Counted from the first letter of the stretch, positions 50,862-60,516 are shown. The stretch: 64,000 nucleotides of DNA from Vampirovibrionales bacterium (GCA_016712355.1 JADJRF010000001.1:23286-87285); one strand, 5' to 3'. Program-made: numbers and translations. Notes: generated by a model not told the origin, from the letters alone.

Positions 50862-51575
50862 ATGTACGCCGAGCACATCATCGGCTTGACGGCGAAAGAA
50901 CAGGTGCGGCCTGATGACCCCGATCAGGTCGCATCTGTTTCTTCGCGTTACCAGGCAATTCGCGCCGCCGGCGCGCTGCGTCCGCGCGTCGAGGAAAAGC
51001 AGCTTGGCGAGGATGGCAGCCTGTTCGAGCTTGACAGGCTGGCCGGCGACAACCAGTATGTATTTCTGTCCTACGGTGCGCGCTACCGCGAGTACCGGAC
51101 GCCGGCTATGTGCTATGGCTTTGTCTTCGACGCCGAGCAACTGGTCACGGAGTACGGCGCCATCGTCGGCGGCGACATGCTCAACCGCTACGAGCGCCTG
51201 CTGGAGCGATGCATTGCCGAAGTGGCCGCCACCTTGCCGCCGCTCGAAATGATCTCCGACGCCGAGCTTGCCGACTTTGCGGCGCTGGCTGGCGACGACC
51301 CCGACATGTTGGCTTACGTGCGCCAGCAATCGGTACACCGTGACAGCGACATCGACATGGCGATCCGCATTGGCGATATGTCGGAGCCGGGCGCACAGGA
51401 AGCGGTGACGCTTTTCCAGGCGCGCGTCGGTGCGCTTCAGCGGCGCCACCGCAAAGCCGGCCATGCGGCATTGGCGGCGCTGCGTGAAGGCGTCGAAATC
51501 CTCGTGCCCACCCAGTTGCCGATCTCGGCGGCAGTCGGCTTTATCGAAGCCGGCGTTTTCGTTCCCGCGCGCTAA
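50862..51575 (+). CDS. Hypothetical protein
   Basis: AGGAGGAAG SD then ATG 50862, in frame with ORF 50805..51575. Confidence 0.55.
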   Translation: MYAEHIIGLTAKEQVRPDDPDQVASVSSRYQAIRAAGALRPRVEEKQLGEDGSLFELDRLAGDNQYVFLSYGARYREYRTPAMCYGFVFDAEQLVTEYGAIVGGDMLNRYERLLERCIAEVAATLPPLEMISDAELADFAALAGDDPDMLAYVRQQSVHRDSDIDMAIRIGDMSEPGAQEAVTLFQARVGALQRRHRKAGHAALAALREGVEILVPTQLPISAAVGFIEAGVFVPAR

Positions 51576-51578
51576 CCG

Positions 51579-51616
51579 ACGAACGATCACCGAATTGAGC
51601 GTGATCGTTCGTTTTC
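51579..51616 (+). terminator. Rho-independent terminator
   Basis: ACGAACGATCAC-cgaattgagc-GTGATCGTTCGT followed by TTTCC. Confidence 0.7.
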
Positions 51617-51620
51617 CTAT

Positions 51621-51671
51621 TTGACATTTGATACACTATGCGGTACAATTTTTGTGTATCAAAAAAAAAAA
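51621..51671 (+). promoter_or_regulatory. Sigma70-like promoter with flanking inverted repeat and A11 tract
   Basis: TTGACA, 17-nt spacer, TACAAT (51644-51649). GATACAC (51630) / GTGTATC (51654) bracket the -10. A11 tract at 51661-51671. Confidence 0.6.
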
Positions 51672-51696
51672 TGGGTGACACCGAAAGGATCGAGCT

Positions 51697-52176
51697 ATGA
51701 ATACTCCGTTGACTTTTGGAAAACACAAGGGGATGACGCCAGGGGCGCTGAAGCGCATCGATCCTGACTACCTGTCGTGGGGGGCTGCCAATTTGCAGTC
51801 TCCCACGTGGCGCGCCGCGTTCCAGCAGGCGCTGGACACCATCACCGACGAGGACAAGGCGTGGGCGATGGTGCGCTCTGGCGGCGGCGAGATCGATTTC
51901 GAGGAGGCGCTGATCGTCGTGCGCGACGAGCGCCTGGAGGCTGAGGAGAATGACCGCAAGCTGGCCGCGTGCGAAGCGGCGCTGCGCGAGATCGCCGCGA
52001 AGTATGCGCCGATCTTCGGCAAGACGGTCGATCAAGTGGCCGGCGTCATCCACCGCCACGAAATGGGGTGGGAGGACGAGCCGGCGAAGTTTTTCAGCAG
52101 CACGGAAGCGTACAACAACTTCCGTGCCATGATGACCGAACACGATGCAGCCGTTTCCGCCATCTGGCGGGCATAG
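51697..52176 (+). CDS. DUF3820-like N-terminal domain protein
   Basis: LTFGKHKGMTPGALKRIDPDYLSWG matches the FGKHKG...Y(L)xW motif. Confidence 0.55.
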   Translation: MNTPLTFGKHKGMTPGALKRIDPDYLSWGAANLQSPTWRAAFQQALDTITDEDKAWAMVRSGGGEIDFEEALIVVRDERLEAEENDRKLAACEAALREIAAKYAPIFGKTVDQVAGVIHRHEMGWEDEPAKFFSSTEAYNNFRAMMTEHDAAVSAIWRA

Positions 52177-52186
52177 GGAGAAAAAC

Positions 52187-53296
52187 ATGATCGGGCAAGC
52201 ATACTTCCAGGGGAAATACGTCGAAGACATGGCCGGCATGTACATGGCCGCCATCGTCGCCAAGCTCAACGGCATCGCCGTGGGTGCACCCGGCTACGGC
52301 AAGACCGACGTTGCCGAGTCGATGTGTCTCGACATCTTCGGAAACGGCGGGTTCGGCTTCTTCCGCATCGACCCATCCACGATGCCGGAGGAACTCAAGG
52401 GCGCCGTGGACATCGAGAAGCTCCTAAGCACAGACCCTGCCTTCCAGCGCAAGCTGAAGGGCAGCATGTTCGACGCCGACCTGCACGCCCACATCGTGGA
52501 TGAGATCGGGCGCGGGTCTGGCGTCATCCTCAACATCCTTTTGCTGGCGCTCAACCGCAAAGACGTGACCGATCCGGCGCCAGTGCTCGCCACCTCCAAC
52601 TTCATGCCCAAAGGCGTCGAGTTTGAGGCGCTGCTCGACCGCTTCGCACTTTGGAAGTGGGTGGCGCCTACGAACGACCTGGACACCGCCGCGATGGTGC
52701 GTGCGCAGCTTTTGGGTCTCGGTGGGCGGCTGCACGTCGAGATGGCGCTGCCGGCGCTGACCGACCTGCAAGACGTGTGGGCGGCGCGTCCTGGCGACAA
52801 GGCCGCCGACGCGATTGTCGATCTGATCGCCAGCCTGGAGACCGAGATCGCCAACGAGGGGTTGATGGCGAATCCCCGCCGGCGCACGGCCTGGTCGCGG
52901 TTGCTCTACCGCATGGGCGTCTTCGGCACCGGGCAGGCGGATTTCAGCGCACTGCCGAACGAAGCCGTCACCGCGCTGCGGTGGGCGTGGCCGGCCAAGA
53001 CGGAAGCGGAAGCTACGACCTGGCAGACGCTGGTCGGCGGGCTGGTCGATCCGATCCAGACCTTGATCGACAATGCAATGGCGGAAGTGGCGAAAGCTGC
53101 CAACGCCGCCATCGAGGAACTGGAAGCCGGCCGCAAGCAGATTGCCGAGGCAGCCAACGCAGTCTCGCAAGCGGTGATGAAGTTCGAGCGCGACGCCCGC
53201 GCCCTGGGCGTCAACGACCCACGCGTCGATGAAGCGAAAGCGATCATGATGGCGTGGACGACCAATGTCGTGCGCAAGCAGCGCATCGAGCGATAG
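52187..53296 (+). CDS. MoxR-like AAA+ ATPase
   Basis: ATG 52187. Walker A VGAPGYGKTDVA, Walker B HIVDEIGRGS. Confidence 0.75.
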   Translation: MIGQAYFQGKYVEDMAGMYMAAIVAKLNGIAVGAPGYGKTDVAESMCLDIFGNGGFGFFRIDPSTMPEELKGAVDIEKLLSTDPAFQRKLKGSMFDADLHAHIVDEIGRGSGVILNILLLALNRKDVTDPAPVLATSNFMPKGVEFEALLDRFALWKWVAPTNDLDTAAMVRAQLLGLGGRLHVEMALPALTDLQDVWAARPGDKAADAIVDLIASLETEIANEGLMANPRRRTAWSRLLYRMGVFGTGQADFSALPNEAVTALRWAWPAKTEAEATTWQTLVGGLVDPIQTLIDNAMAEVAKAANAAIEELEAGRKQIAEAANAVSQAVMKFERDARALGVNDPRVDEAKAIMMAWTTNVVRKQRIER

Positions 53297-53304
53297 GAGC
53301 CGCT

Positions 53305-54822
53305 ATGACTCAGGTATCCCTTCTACCCGCCAAGCCCGCCACCAAGTTCGGCGTCACCGACCGGGCATTTGGCCGGCTTGCCAAGATGGACGTAGCGCAA
53401 GCGCCAGCCAGCGTTGTCGAAAGCGACCTGGCCGGCGACACGTTTGCCACGGTCTACCGCGACGCGGCGACGCTGGAAGCAGCGCCCGACGGACGCGAAG
53501 TCAACAAGACTCTGCTCGACTGGATGCGCCAGTCCGGGCAGTGGAACGGGTTGATCGACACGGCGCGCGGCGATGTGATGGCGTCCTTGACCGCCAGCCA
53601 GGTGCTGTGGGAGTACCTGCGCACCGACGAGGCAACCAAGAGCGCGCTGGACGCGCAAGCGCAAGCGGACGCCGCCCGCGAGGAAGCCGACAATCTCAAC
53701 AGCAGCGCACAGGCAGCCGACCACGCCGCGGATGCGCTGGAACAGTCCGGCAACCAGCCTGACGCCGATGCGCTGCGGCAACAGGCACAGGCACAACGCC
53801 AGCAGGCGCAGGAAGCCGCACAGCAGGCACAGGCGGCGCAGCAGGCAGCGAATGCCAGCGCCGAGAAAGCCGCCGGCTCCAAGATGACTTCGGCGCTGAT
53901 GAGTTCGGCGGTTGCCGAAGCGCAGGACAAAGCCGAGGAGATGGTCGCAGTTGGCGCCGGCTTCGGGCGCGGCAAAGGCGAGGTGACGATGGGCAACATC
54001 GGACGGGCACAGGCTGCCATGCAGCACCTGTCCGACAAGGTGCGCCGCGTCGCCAAACTCGCCGGGCGTTTTCGCGGTGTGGGCTTCGAGGCGCGGCGTA
54101 ACATGATCAAGCGCGGCGAGGAACCCGCCGACCTGGAGTACACGCAGGACTTCGGGCGGATGTTCCCGGCCGAGCTTGCGTTGCTGAGCCAGCACACGGC
54201 GCCGCTCAATCGCCTACGCGTGCTGCAATGGGCAGACGCGGGTCTGGCCGGCTGGAAGCTGGTCGAGCGCGAAAAAGAGCGCGGCCCGTTTGTGGGCGCG
54301 GTCGATGTGTCCGGCTCGATGACGACGAGCGACCGCCGCGCGTTCACGCGCGAGGAGATCGGCAAGGCGGTTGCCCTGGGCGTCGCGCAGGTTGCGCAAG
54401 CGGAGAATCGCCCGTACCGTTTATTCAGCTTTAGCAGCGGGAAAGATGCCCTGATCGAGTGCGACAGCACGCAGGGCTGGCCGGAACACCTGACCTGGGC
54501 GGATGCTGCGATGCACGGCGGCACCGACTTCGACATGGCGCTGGCGAACGCGCTGGCGCACCTCGACGCAATGGGCGACGATGGGCACCGCGCCGACTTG
54601 CTCTTTGTGAGCGATGGCGATGCAACGGTGGCGACAGCGACCGAAGATGCGTGGGCGGCGTTCAAGGCCAAGACCGGAGCGCGCCTGATCTATGTCGCCG
54701 TGGCCGGCGTGCGGCGCAGCTACGACCAGTTGGAACGGCTGGCCGACATGGTGATCGACGTGTCTGATCTGAGCGTGGAAGCCGGCGACGCGCTGGCGCA
54801 GGAAGTCAGTCTGTTGGTGTGA
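53305..54822 (+). CDS. VWA-domain protein (MIDAS) partner of MoxR ATPase
   Basis: ATG 53305. MIDAS GAVDVSGSM...GGTDF...FVSDGD; Q/A-rich coiled linker. Confidence 0.75.
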   Translation: MTQVSLLPAKPATKFGVTDRAFGRLAKMDVAQAPASVVESDLAGDTFATVYRDAATLEAAPDGREVNKTLLDWMRQSGQWNGLIDTARGDVMASLTASQVLWEYLRTDEATKSALDAQAQADAAREEADNLNSSAQAADHAADALEQSGNQPDADALRQQAQAQRQQAQEAAQQAQAAQQAANASAEKAAGSKMTSALMSSAVAEAQDKAEEMVAVGAGFGRGKGEVTMGNIGRAQAAMQHLSDKVRRVAKLAGRFRGVGFEARRNMIKRGEEPADLEYTQDFGRMFPAELALLSQHTAPLNRLRVLQWADAGLAGWKLVEREKERGPFVGAVDVSGSMTTSDRRAFTREEIGKAVALGVAQVAQAENRPYRLFSFSSGKDALIECDSTQGWPEHLTWADAAMHGGTDFDMALANALAHLDAMGDDGHRADLLFVSDGDATVATATEDAWAAFKAKTGARLIYVAVAGVRRSYDQLERLADMVIDVSDLSVEAGDALAQEVSLLV

Positions 54823-54860
54823 TCTATATTCGGTGATCTTTCACCGCAAAAGGAGGGGAC

Positions 54861-55142
54861 ATGCAGAATCAGTACAAGGTCGTGCGTAGTAACGGTATCT
54901 ATTTCGTCGTGCCGGCCAGCAAGGACATGGCCGGCACGCAGTTTGGCAAGCCAGGCGACAAAGCCGAGTGCTTACGCGTGGCCGAACGGCTGGCAACGAT
55001 GTCGGCGCGCAAGGCGAACGGCGGCAAGAAGGGCGCACACATTGTCGAGCGGATTGGCGACAGCTTTTCGGTGATGGAAGCTGATGTCGTCAACGATGTC
55101 GATCTGGAGCCTGACGAGTACCAGGACGACGAAGATGAGTGA
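54861..55142 (+). CDS. Hypothetical protein with acidic tail
   Basis: AAAGGAGGGGA SD then ATG. Confidence 0.5.
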   Translation: MQNQYKVVRSNGIYFVVPASKDMAGTQFGKPGDKAECLRVAERLATMSARKANGGKKGAHIVERIGDSFSVMEADVVNDVDLEPDEYQDDEDE

Positions 55143-55350
55143 GCTAACACAGCGCGTGCGGTACGTCTGGGCGATGCCGGCGCCGATCCGCATCAAATCG
55201 ACCGGGCAGACCGGCAAGTTGTCGATGATCGCCTATGGCGCCCTGGTCACGGAACAGGGCGCCGATGACATCCTGTGGGTCAAGCTCGACAGCACAGGCG
55301 AGCTTGTGAAGGTGTACGGCGTCGATGCCGAGCGCATCGGGGAGGGGTAG
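55135..55350 (+). CDS. Hypothetical protein
   Basis: ATG 55135 overlaps the upstream 3' end, in frame with ORF 55084..55350. Confidence 0.45.
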   Translation: MSELTQRVRYVWAMPAPIRIKSTGQTGKLSMIAYGALVTEQGADDILWVKLDSTGELVKVYGVDAERIGEG

Positions 55351-55353
55351 CGA

Positions 55354-55806
55354 ATGCCTGAGTACACGTTTCCTGTCGCCTACCTGATTGACGAAGAACT
55401 GGACAGCCGGTTTGCCGGCAAGGAAGGCGATTTGGCGTGGCTGCGCCAGCATCTGCGCGATGCTTCGTGCGTCGTCTTCAACGCCCCGCGCCCGCTGCGG
55501 TACGAGTACAGCGACAGCAGCGACGAGTGCGGCCGGCAGATACCTGGATTGCCGACCGGTTTCTTTGCGGCGGCGGTGTGGCCTATGCGCGACGCGTGGA
55601 ATGCCCGCTGCGTCAAAAGCAACCACGAAGACAAGGCTTGCGTGCTGCGCCTGGTAACGCAAGCGCAGGCAAGGCAGATGGTCATTGACGATCTGCCCGA
55701 TAAATACCGGGAGACCTGGCTGGCAAACGGGCTGGTCGATGCGCATTGGCGGGCGTCGTTTGCCAATCGGTTCGGCGGTACGGAAACTGACGTGGTGACG
55801 CCGTGA
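55354..55806 (+). CDS. Hypothetical protein
   Basis: ORF; GTGA overlap with the next gene. Confidence 0.5.
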   Translation: MPEYTFPVAYLIDEELDSRFAGKEGDLAWLRQHLRDASCVVFNAPRPLRYEYSDSSDECGRQIPGLPTGFFAAAVWPMRDAWNARCVKSNHEDKACVLRLVTQAQARQMVIDDLPDKYRETWLANGLVDAHWRASFANRFGGTETDVVTP

Positions 55807-56837
55807 AGACCCCCAAGACGCACTACATCGCACCATCGACGCCGCGCGTCCCCGGCGCTATCCACCACTGCGCGTGTGGGCAAGACGCGCGTTACGTGCC
55901 GGCGACAGAAGACGCCGCGCAAGTCACGTGCGGCGCGTGTGCGCGTGTCCTCGACAGCAAGCACGCCCGCACCAAGACCAGCGCGTTTGGCGTGAGCCGG
56001 CGGGAACGGCACGACGCGTCTGCGTTCTACGGGCGCGCCATTTACGGCGACGCCGCGCCGAGCACGCCGCAAAACGGCGTGGAAGCCCCAGAAACGGCGC
56101 TGGAGGGCTGGATCGATAAAGTATACCTCGATGACGCTCGACGCATGACGGCGACCCCACAGGGCGGCGTAGCGTTGGCGTTTACGTCGCCGCCGTACAA
56201 CGTCGGCAAAGAGTACGACGCCGATCTGTCGTTTGACGACTATCGCCAGTTGCTGCGCGATGTGGCCGCCGAGGTGTACCGTGTGTTGATGCCGGGCGGT
56301 CGCTATGTGGTCAACGTCGCCAACCTGGGACGTAAGCCTTACATCCCTTTGCACGCGATGATCTGGCAGGACATGCAGGCGACGGGCTGGCTGCCGATGG
56401 GTGAGATCATCTGGCGGAAGGCGAAGGGCGCCGGCGGTAGTTGTGCGTGGGGAAGCTGGCGCAGCGCACGCGCCCCGCGCTTGCGCGACGTACATGAATA
56501 CCTGCTCGTCTTTGCCAAAGAGCAGTACGGGCGCGCCGCCAAAGGCGTGTCGGACATCGGGCGCGACGAGTTTATGAACTCTACGCTGTCAGTCTGGGAG
56601 ATCGCGCCGGAGTCGGCCAGGCGCGTCGGGCACCCGGCGCCGTTTCCGCTGGCGCTGGCTGAGCGGGTGATTCGGCTCTACAGCTATCGCGGCGATGTCG
56701 TGCTTGACCCGTTTGCCGGCAGCGGCACGACCCTGGTCGCCGCCAAGCGCACAGGCCGGCACTACGTCGGCTACGACATCATGCCGGAATATGTGGCGCT
56801 GGCAGAAAGTCGCCTCAATCGCACAACTGTGCTATAA
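55803..56837 (+). CDS. Beta-class N4/N6 DNA methyltransferase
   Basis: Motif [12 protein letters not shown], then motif [16 protein letters not shown] at the C-terminus. N-terminal CACG...CGAC zinc motif. Confidence 0.85.
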   Translation: MKTPKTHYIAPSTPRVPGAIHHCACGQDARYVPATEDAAQVTCGACARVLDSKHARTKTSAFGVSRRERHDASAFYGRAIYGDAAPSTPQNGVEAPETALEGWIDKVYLDDARRMTATPQGGVALAFTSPPYNVGKEYDADLSFDDYRQLLRDVAAEVYRVLMPGGRYVVNVANLGRKPYIPLHAMIWQDMQATGWLPMGEIIWRKAKGAGGSCAWGSWRSARAPRLRDVHEYLLVFAKEQYGRAAKGVSDIGRDEFMNSTLSVWEIAPESARRVGHPAPFPLALAERVIRLYSYRGDVVLDPFAGSGTTLVAAKRTGRHYVGYDIMPEYVALAESRLNRTTVL

Positions 56838-56890
56838 TCACGGCGTGCGTATCCCTTCTTACATCCTTCCTTCCTCACCCTCTTTCCTCT

Positions 56891-56920
56891 AGCCCGGCCC
56901 GAATACCAGCGGGCCGGGCT
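56891..56920 (+). terminator. Rho-independent terminator
   Basis: AGCCCGGCCCG-aataccag-CGGGCCGGGCT followed by GCTTTTAT. Confidence 0.7.
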
Positions 56921-56973
56921 GCTTTTATGCCTGTAGTCCTTTTTTTATTCCGGTGATCATTCTGCAATTACAA

Positions 56974-57017
56974 TTGACATTTTTTAGGCTATGTGGTATT
57001 ATTTTCTCTGGCAATGT
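56974..57017 (+). promoter_or_regulatory. Sigma70-like promoter with GGCAATGT box
   Basis: TTGACA, 17-nt spacer, TGG-TATTAT (56997-57002), GGCAATGT 57010-57017. Confidence 0.6.
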
Positions 57018-57057
57018 GGATCGTTTGGGGGTGACGCCCCAGGAAGGATAGATCGCG

Positions 57058-58230
57058 ATGGCAGACATTCTAGCAGTCGAGGACGAGCAAGTCTCTGAGC
57101 GTGAAAGCGACTTGCTCGAACGCTACGTCGTGTTGATTGAGTGGTCTGATGGCCGGCGCGTGGACGGCAAGAGCGTCCAGCCGCCCACCAAGTGGTACCG
57201 GATGCTGCATAAGTTCGGCATCCGCGTGCGCACAGAAGACGAAGCCGCCGAGAACGTGGTTGAAAGCCGGCTGGACGCCAAGAAATCGACCGTGATCGTC
57301 CAGGAAGGGGCGATCATCACGTTTAGCTACTCGCTGGCGCGCCTGATCGCGGCGCGCTTGATGCGCGGCATCGAGGTCGAGAAGCACCAGTACGAGGAGG
57401 TCAACGGAAAGCGGCGGATCGTCGCCGTGACGAAGGAGACGATCCGCCCGGCGCTGGTGCTCTTTGGCCGGCTCGACCTGGAGAAGAATTTTGAGCCTTC
57501 GTTGTCGGACATCCGCGCGCTGGAGCACATCGAGCATGTGCATGGCAAGCGCGGGCGGAAGGCGACGCCCTCGGATTGGGCCGTCACCTGCTACGAGTGC
57601 ATGGCGACGCACAACGTGCAGGAGAGCGCGCCCACGTCGTGTCCGGTCTGCAACGGCGTGCAGATCGAATATCAGCCCGGTTCGGTGCAGACCTTCCGGG
57701 ACGATCCAGAAGTCTCCCCGCTGTACTTCTGGCTGCGGACGCGCTTTGCGTCCGGCGCGTTTCAATTCCCATTGATGGCCGACGGCGGCGCGCACGCATC
57801 GCCTGACTACAGGATTTCCGCCGACTGGCAGCGGGAGGTGGCGTTTACGTTCCTCGATTCGCCGCTGGTCGCGCAGATGGAAGCGTTGCACTTGAGCCGG
57901 GAAACGCAGTTGGCGTTCCTGGACGCGGCCTACACGGTGCGCAGCGTCTGGAGTGACAAGCGCCGCATGAATGCGCGCTTGGAGGCCGTGACGGCCTTCC
58001 TCGTCGCCAACAATGACCCGGCAGCGTTGCTGGAAATCTCCATGTCGGAGATGCCGCAGCCCGACCTGTTCGACCTAGCCGGCATGACCGGCAAAGATCA
58101 GGCGGCGGCGCTGATGGTGGCGTTCCTGGCGCGGCAGCACGGCGGCGCCGGCGAGGATGGCGTTGTCGTGGAGGTGCCGGCGGTCAAGACGCCCGGCAAG
58201 GCGGTCTCGATTCGCAAGTCGATTGTGTAG
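57058..58230 (+). CDS. Hypothetical protein with central zinc ribbon
   Basis: GGAAGGA SD; CYEC...CPVC. Confidence 0.6.
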   Translation: MADILAVEDEQVSERESDLLERYVVLIEWSDGRRVDGKSVQPPTKWYRMLHKFGIRVRTEDEAAENVVESRLDAKKSTVIVQEGAIITFSYSLARLIAARLMRGIEVEKHQYEEVNGKRRIVAVTKETIRPALVLFGRLDLEKNFEPSLSDIRALEHIEHVHGKRGRKATPSDWAVTCYECMATHNVQESAPTSCPVCNGVQIEYQPGSVQTFRDDPEVSPLYFWLRTRFASGAFQFPLMADGGAHASPDYRISADWQREVAFTFLDSPLVAQMEALHLSRETQLAFLDAAYTVRSVWSDKRRMNARLEAVTAFLVANNDPAALLEISMSEMPQPDLFDLAGMTGKDQAAALMVAFLARQHGGAGEDGVVVEVPAVKTPGKAVSIRKSIV

Positions 58231-58246
58231 TGAAAGGAAACGAACC

Positions 58247-58624
58247 GTGAGAATCCCGTCTGATGAACCTGGCGCGAAGGCAAAGGTCAAGGCGTCCGTT
58301 GAGCGGTTGGTGGAAATGCTTAACGCGCTCAACATCTCGATTGCCGGCACGCCGGCTGCGTTTACTGTTGAGTACCTGTATTGGTATTGGTTTCAACCCA
58401 GGGTGTTACTGGTCGTAGGTAGCATCAAGTACGAGGTGCTTCTCTTGAGCTTCACGCAAGCGTCGGTGCTCGTAAAGTGCATGTCGCCATACTCGGCGAA
58501 GTACTTCCGCTTGGTGGAATGGGCGACGCCGGAAGAACGGATTTTCGACTGGCTTCAACCGGCGCTCACGGTGACGATGGCAAGCGTCGAGCGGTCGTAT
58601 CGAGTGTATCTGGAGGGAAAATAA
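58247..58624 (+). CDS. Hypothetical protein
   Basis: GTG 58247 after AAAGGAAAC, in frame with ORF 58157..58624. Confidence 0.5.
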   Translation: MRIPSDEPGAKAKVKASVERLVEMLNALNISIAGTPAAFTVEYLYWYWFQPRVLLVVGSIKYEVLLLSFTQASVLVKCMSPYSAKYFRLVEWATPEERIFDWLQPALTVTMASVERSYRVYLEGK

Positions 58625-58625
58625 A

Positions 58626-59267
58626 GTGGATGAAATCAGGAAAGTAACAGGGGAACAGGCGGCGCAGCGCGCTATCCTGTCGCAAATCGAAGATGAGATC
58701 AAGCGGCGCGGCGGCCCGCCATCCTACAAGGGCGTGCCGCTTAGCCGGCGGTACATTTTTGACTCAGGCGTCGGCGCGGCGCGGTTGTACTTTGTGGATT
58801 GCGAGGAAGGCGCCGAGCTTTATCTGGAAGTGTACGAGTCGGCAGAGCCGGATACTGTCGTGGCGCGGGCGCTCGACCCGGCAGACAAAAAGACGAGCCG
58901 GCGTTTCTATGGCAGCAAAGCATCGATGGTGATTCAGCCAATTGTCGATTACCTGTTTGGCGTCGCGGAGAACCGCGTGCGCCAGCGGGAGATTAACGAC
59001 GCGTACCGCGCCGGCCGGGAAGCGATGGCGGTGAAAACGCGCGCATACGCATGGGATCACATGGACACGGCAAAGGTGCGCCATGATGTGCTGGAAATCG
59101 ATCTCGGTGAAGGCGCGACAGCGCGCATGGAGTTTTATCTTCAGGAGATGGCGCCGATGTACAAGGCGTCGCTGACCTTCCTGACGCCGACAGACGCCGG
59201 CATCGACGCCGTGATCGAGCGCCTGCATACGTTGGCGAGACTCAGCAGGCAGGGGAGCACGTTGTGA
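58626..59267 (+). CDS. Hypothetical protein
   Basis: ORF starting 1 nt after the upstream stop. Confidence 0.55.
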   Translation: MDEIRKVTGEQAAQRAILSQIEDEIKRRGGPPSYKGVPLSRRYIFDSGVGAARLYFVDCEEGAELYLEVYESAEPDTVVARALDPADKKTSRRFYGSKASMVIQPIVDYLFGVAENRVRQREINDAYRAGREAMAVKTRAYAWDHMDTAKVRHDVLEIDLGEGATARMEFYLQEMAPMYKASLTFLTPTDAGIDAVIERLHTLARLSRQGSTL

Positions 59268-59833
59268 GAGCGATCCGCACCGAAGCGCAACTGCGCGCCG
59301 AGATCGAGCGACTGGAGAAGAAGATCGCACGCCTGACGCCCAGAGCCGACAGGGAAGACGAGCTTGCCTATCATTTCACGCACGGCGTCGGCAACATGAC
59401 GGCAGGGCAAGCCGGGCGCCGGCAACGCAGCCACGACGCACAGCGCAAGGCCATTGGGGATCGGTTGCGGGCACAGAAAGACCTGGCCTACCTGCGCAAT
59501 CGGCTGGCAAACTTCGAGGCCGGCGAGTGCCATGCGGACGGCCAGCCACGCGCCGACGCGCCGAGCCGACAGGTGCGTAAGCGCGTCACCGACGTGTACG
59601 CGGCGTACATCCGCGCGCACGTGAAGAAGGGCGATACTGTCGAGTTCATGCCTAACCCGCAAAGAACTGTCGTGCGCCGGCTGAATCCGAAAACGGTGAC
59701 GCTGGAGCCGCACGGCACGACTTGGAGCTACACCGACATTCGCCCCTACAAGCCGGACGGATCGCAGTACAGCGACCGCGAGATCGGGCAAGCGGTCGCA
59801 GCGTGGGCAAGGGCGGAAGGCATTTCGATCTAG
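59264..59833 (+). CDS. Hypothetical protein (N-terminal coiled coil)
   Basis: GTGA overlap. Confidence 0.55.
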   Translation: MRAIRTEAQLRAEIERLEKKIARLTPRADREDELAYHFTHGVGNMTAGQAGRRQRSHDAQRKAIGDRLRAQKDLAYLRNRLANFEAGECHADGQPRADAPSRQVRKRVTDVYAAYIRAHVKKGDTVEFMPNPQRTVVRRLNPKTVTLEPHGTTWSYTDIRPYKPDGSQYSDREIGQAVAAWARAEGISI

Positions 59834-59843
59834 GGGAGGCGCG

Positions 59844-60089
59844 ATGTACCAAGTCAGAGTGCAGATCATGCAGGACGAGCGGGCGGTGACGGCGCCGGTC
59901 GATCTTCACGACGCCAAGAGCTTTCAGGATGCGATGGCGTTCCTGAGCGCGCTCATCAAGATTGCCGGCGTGGATACGTGGTACGGCAATCCGCAACTGG
60001 AAGCCCTACGCATCCAGCCGCTGGAGTTGCCGGCGGAAGCGCGGGCAATGGCCGACGAGATCATTGCCCACTTGGGGCTGAACCGGTAG
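59844..60089 (+). CDS. Hypothetical protein
   Basis: GGGGAGG SD then ATG. Confidence 0.5.
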   Translation: MYQVRVQIMQDERAVTAPVDLHDAKSFQDAMAFLSALIKIAGVDTWYGNPQLEALRIQPLELPAEARAMADEIIAHLGLNR

Positions 60090-60135
60090 TTTTTTTTGAG
60101 TCGAGTATTTCTGTAGGCATAAAAGGGGTGACAGT

Positions 60136-60504
60136 ATGTGCGAAGGAATTGACAGAGTGCAGGAACTCAAACGCCGCCTGGCGTTCTTGGAGAGTGGCGG
60201 TGGTAAATCGGAAGCGGTGCTCGATCAGGCGTTTGGCATCTACAACGAAGCCGCCGGCTACATCAAGGCGCTGGAAGAAGTGCAGGCCGGCGTCAAGGGC
60301 ATGGTCGAAGAAATCTTTGCTGAGCTTCTGATCAGCAAGTTTGACGCGCCGAGCGGCAAAGCGGCAGTACGCGCTAGCTACAGCCGCGTCGCCTACGACA
60401 CGAATGGTCTCGACGCACTGGCGCAGAGCAACCCGGTGATCGGACTGGCGTTGGAACCGTACCGCAAAGTTACCGAAGTGCCGGGTACGCTTCAGATTCG
60501 ATAG
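60136..60504 (+). CDS. Hypothetical protein (coiled-coil N-terminus)
   Basis: GGGGTGA SD then ATG. Confidence 0.5.
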   Translation: MCEGIDRVQELKRRLAFLESGGGKSEAVLDQAFGIYNEAAGYIKALEEVQAGVKGMVEEIFAELLISKFDAPSGKAAVRASYSRVAYDTNGLDALAQSNPVIGLALEPYRKVTEVPGTLQIR

Positions 60505-60516
60505 GGGAGGTGCAAA

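Noticed and set aside
51661-51671. A11 homopolymer downstream of the 51621 promoter as a slippery or phase-variable site
   Set aside because: It lies in the untranslated leader before the SD of 51697 and no ORF depends on its length. It may only affect leader structure.
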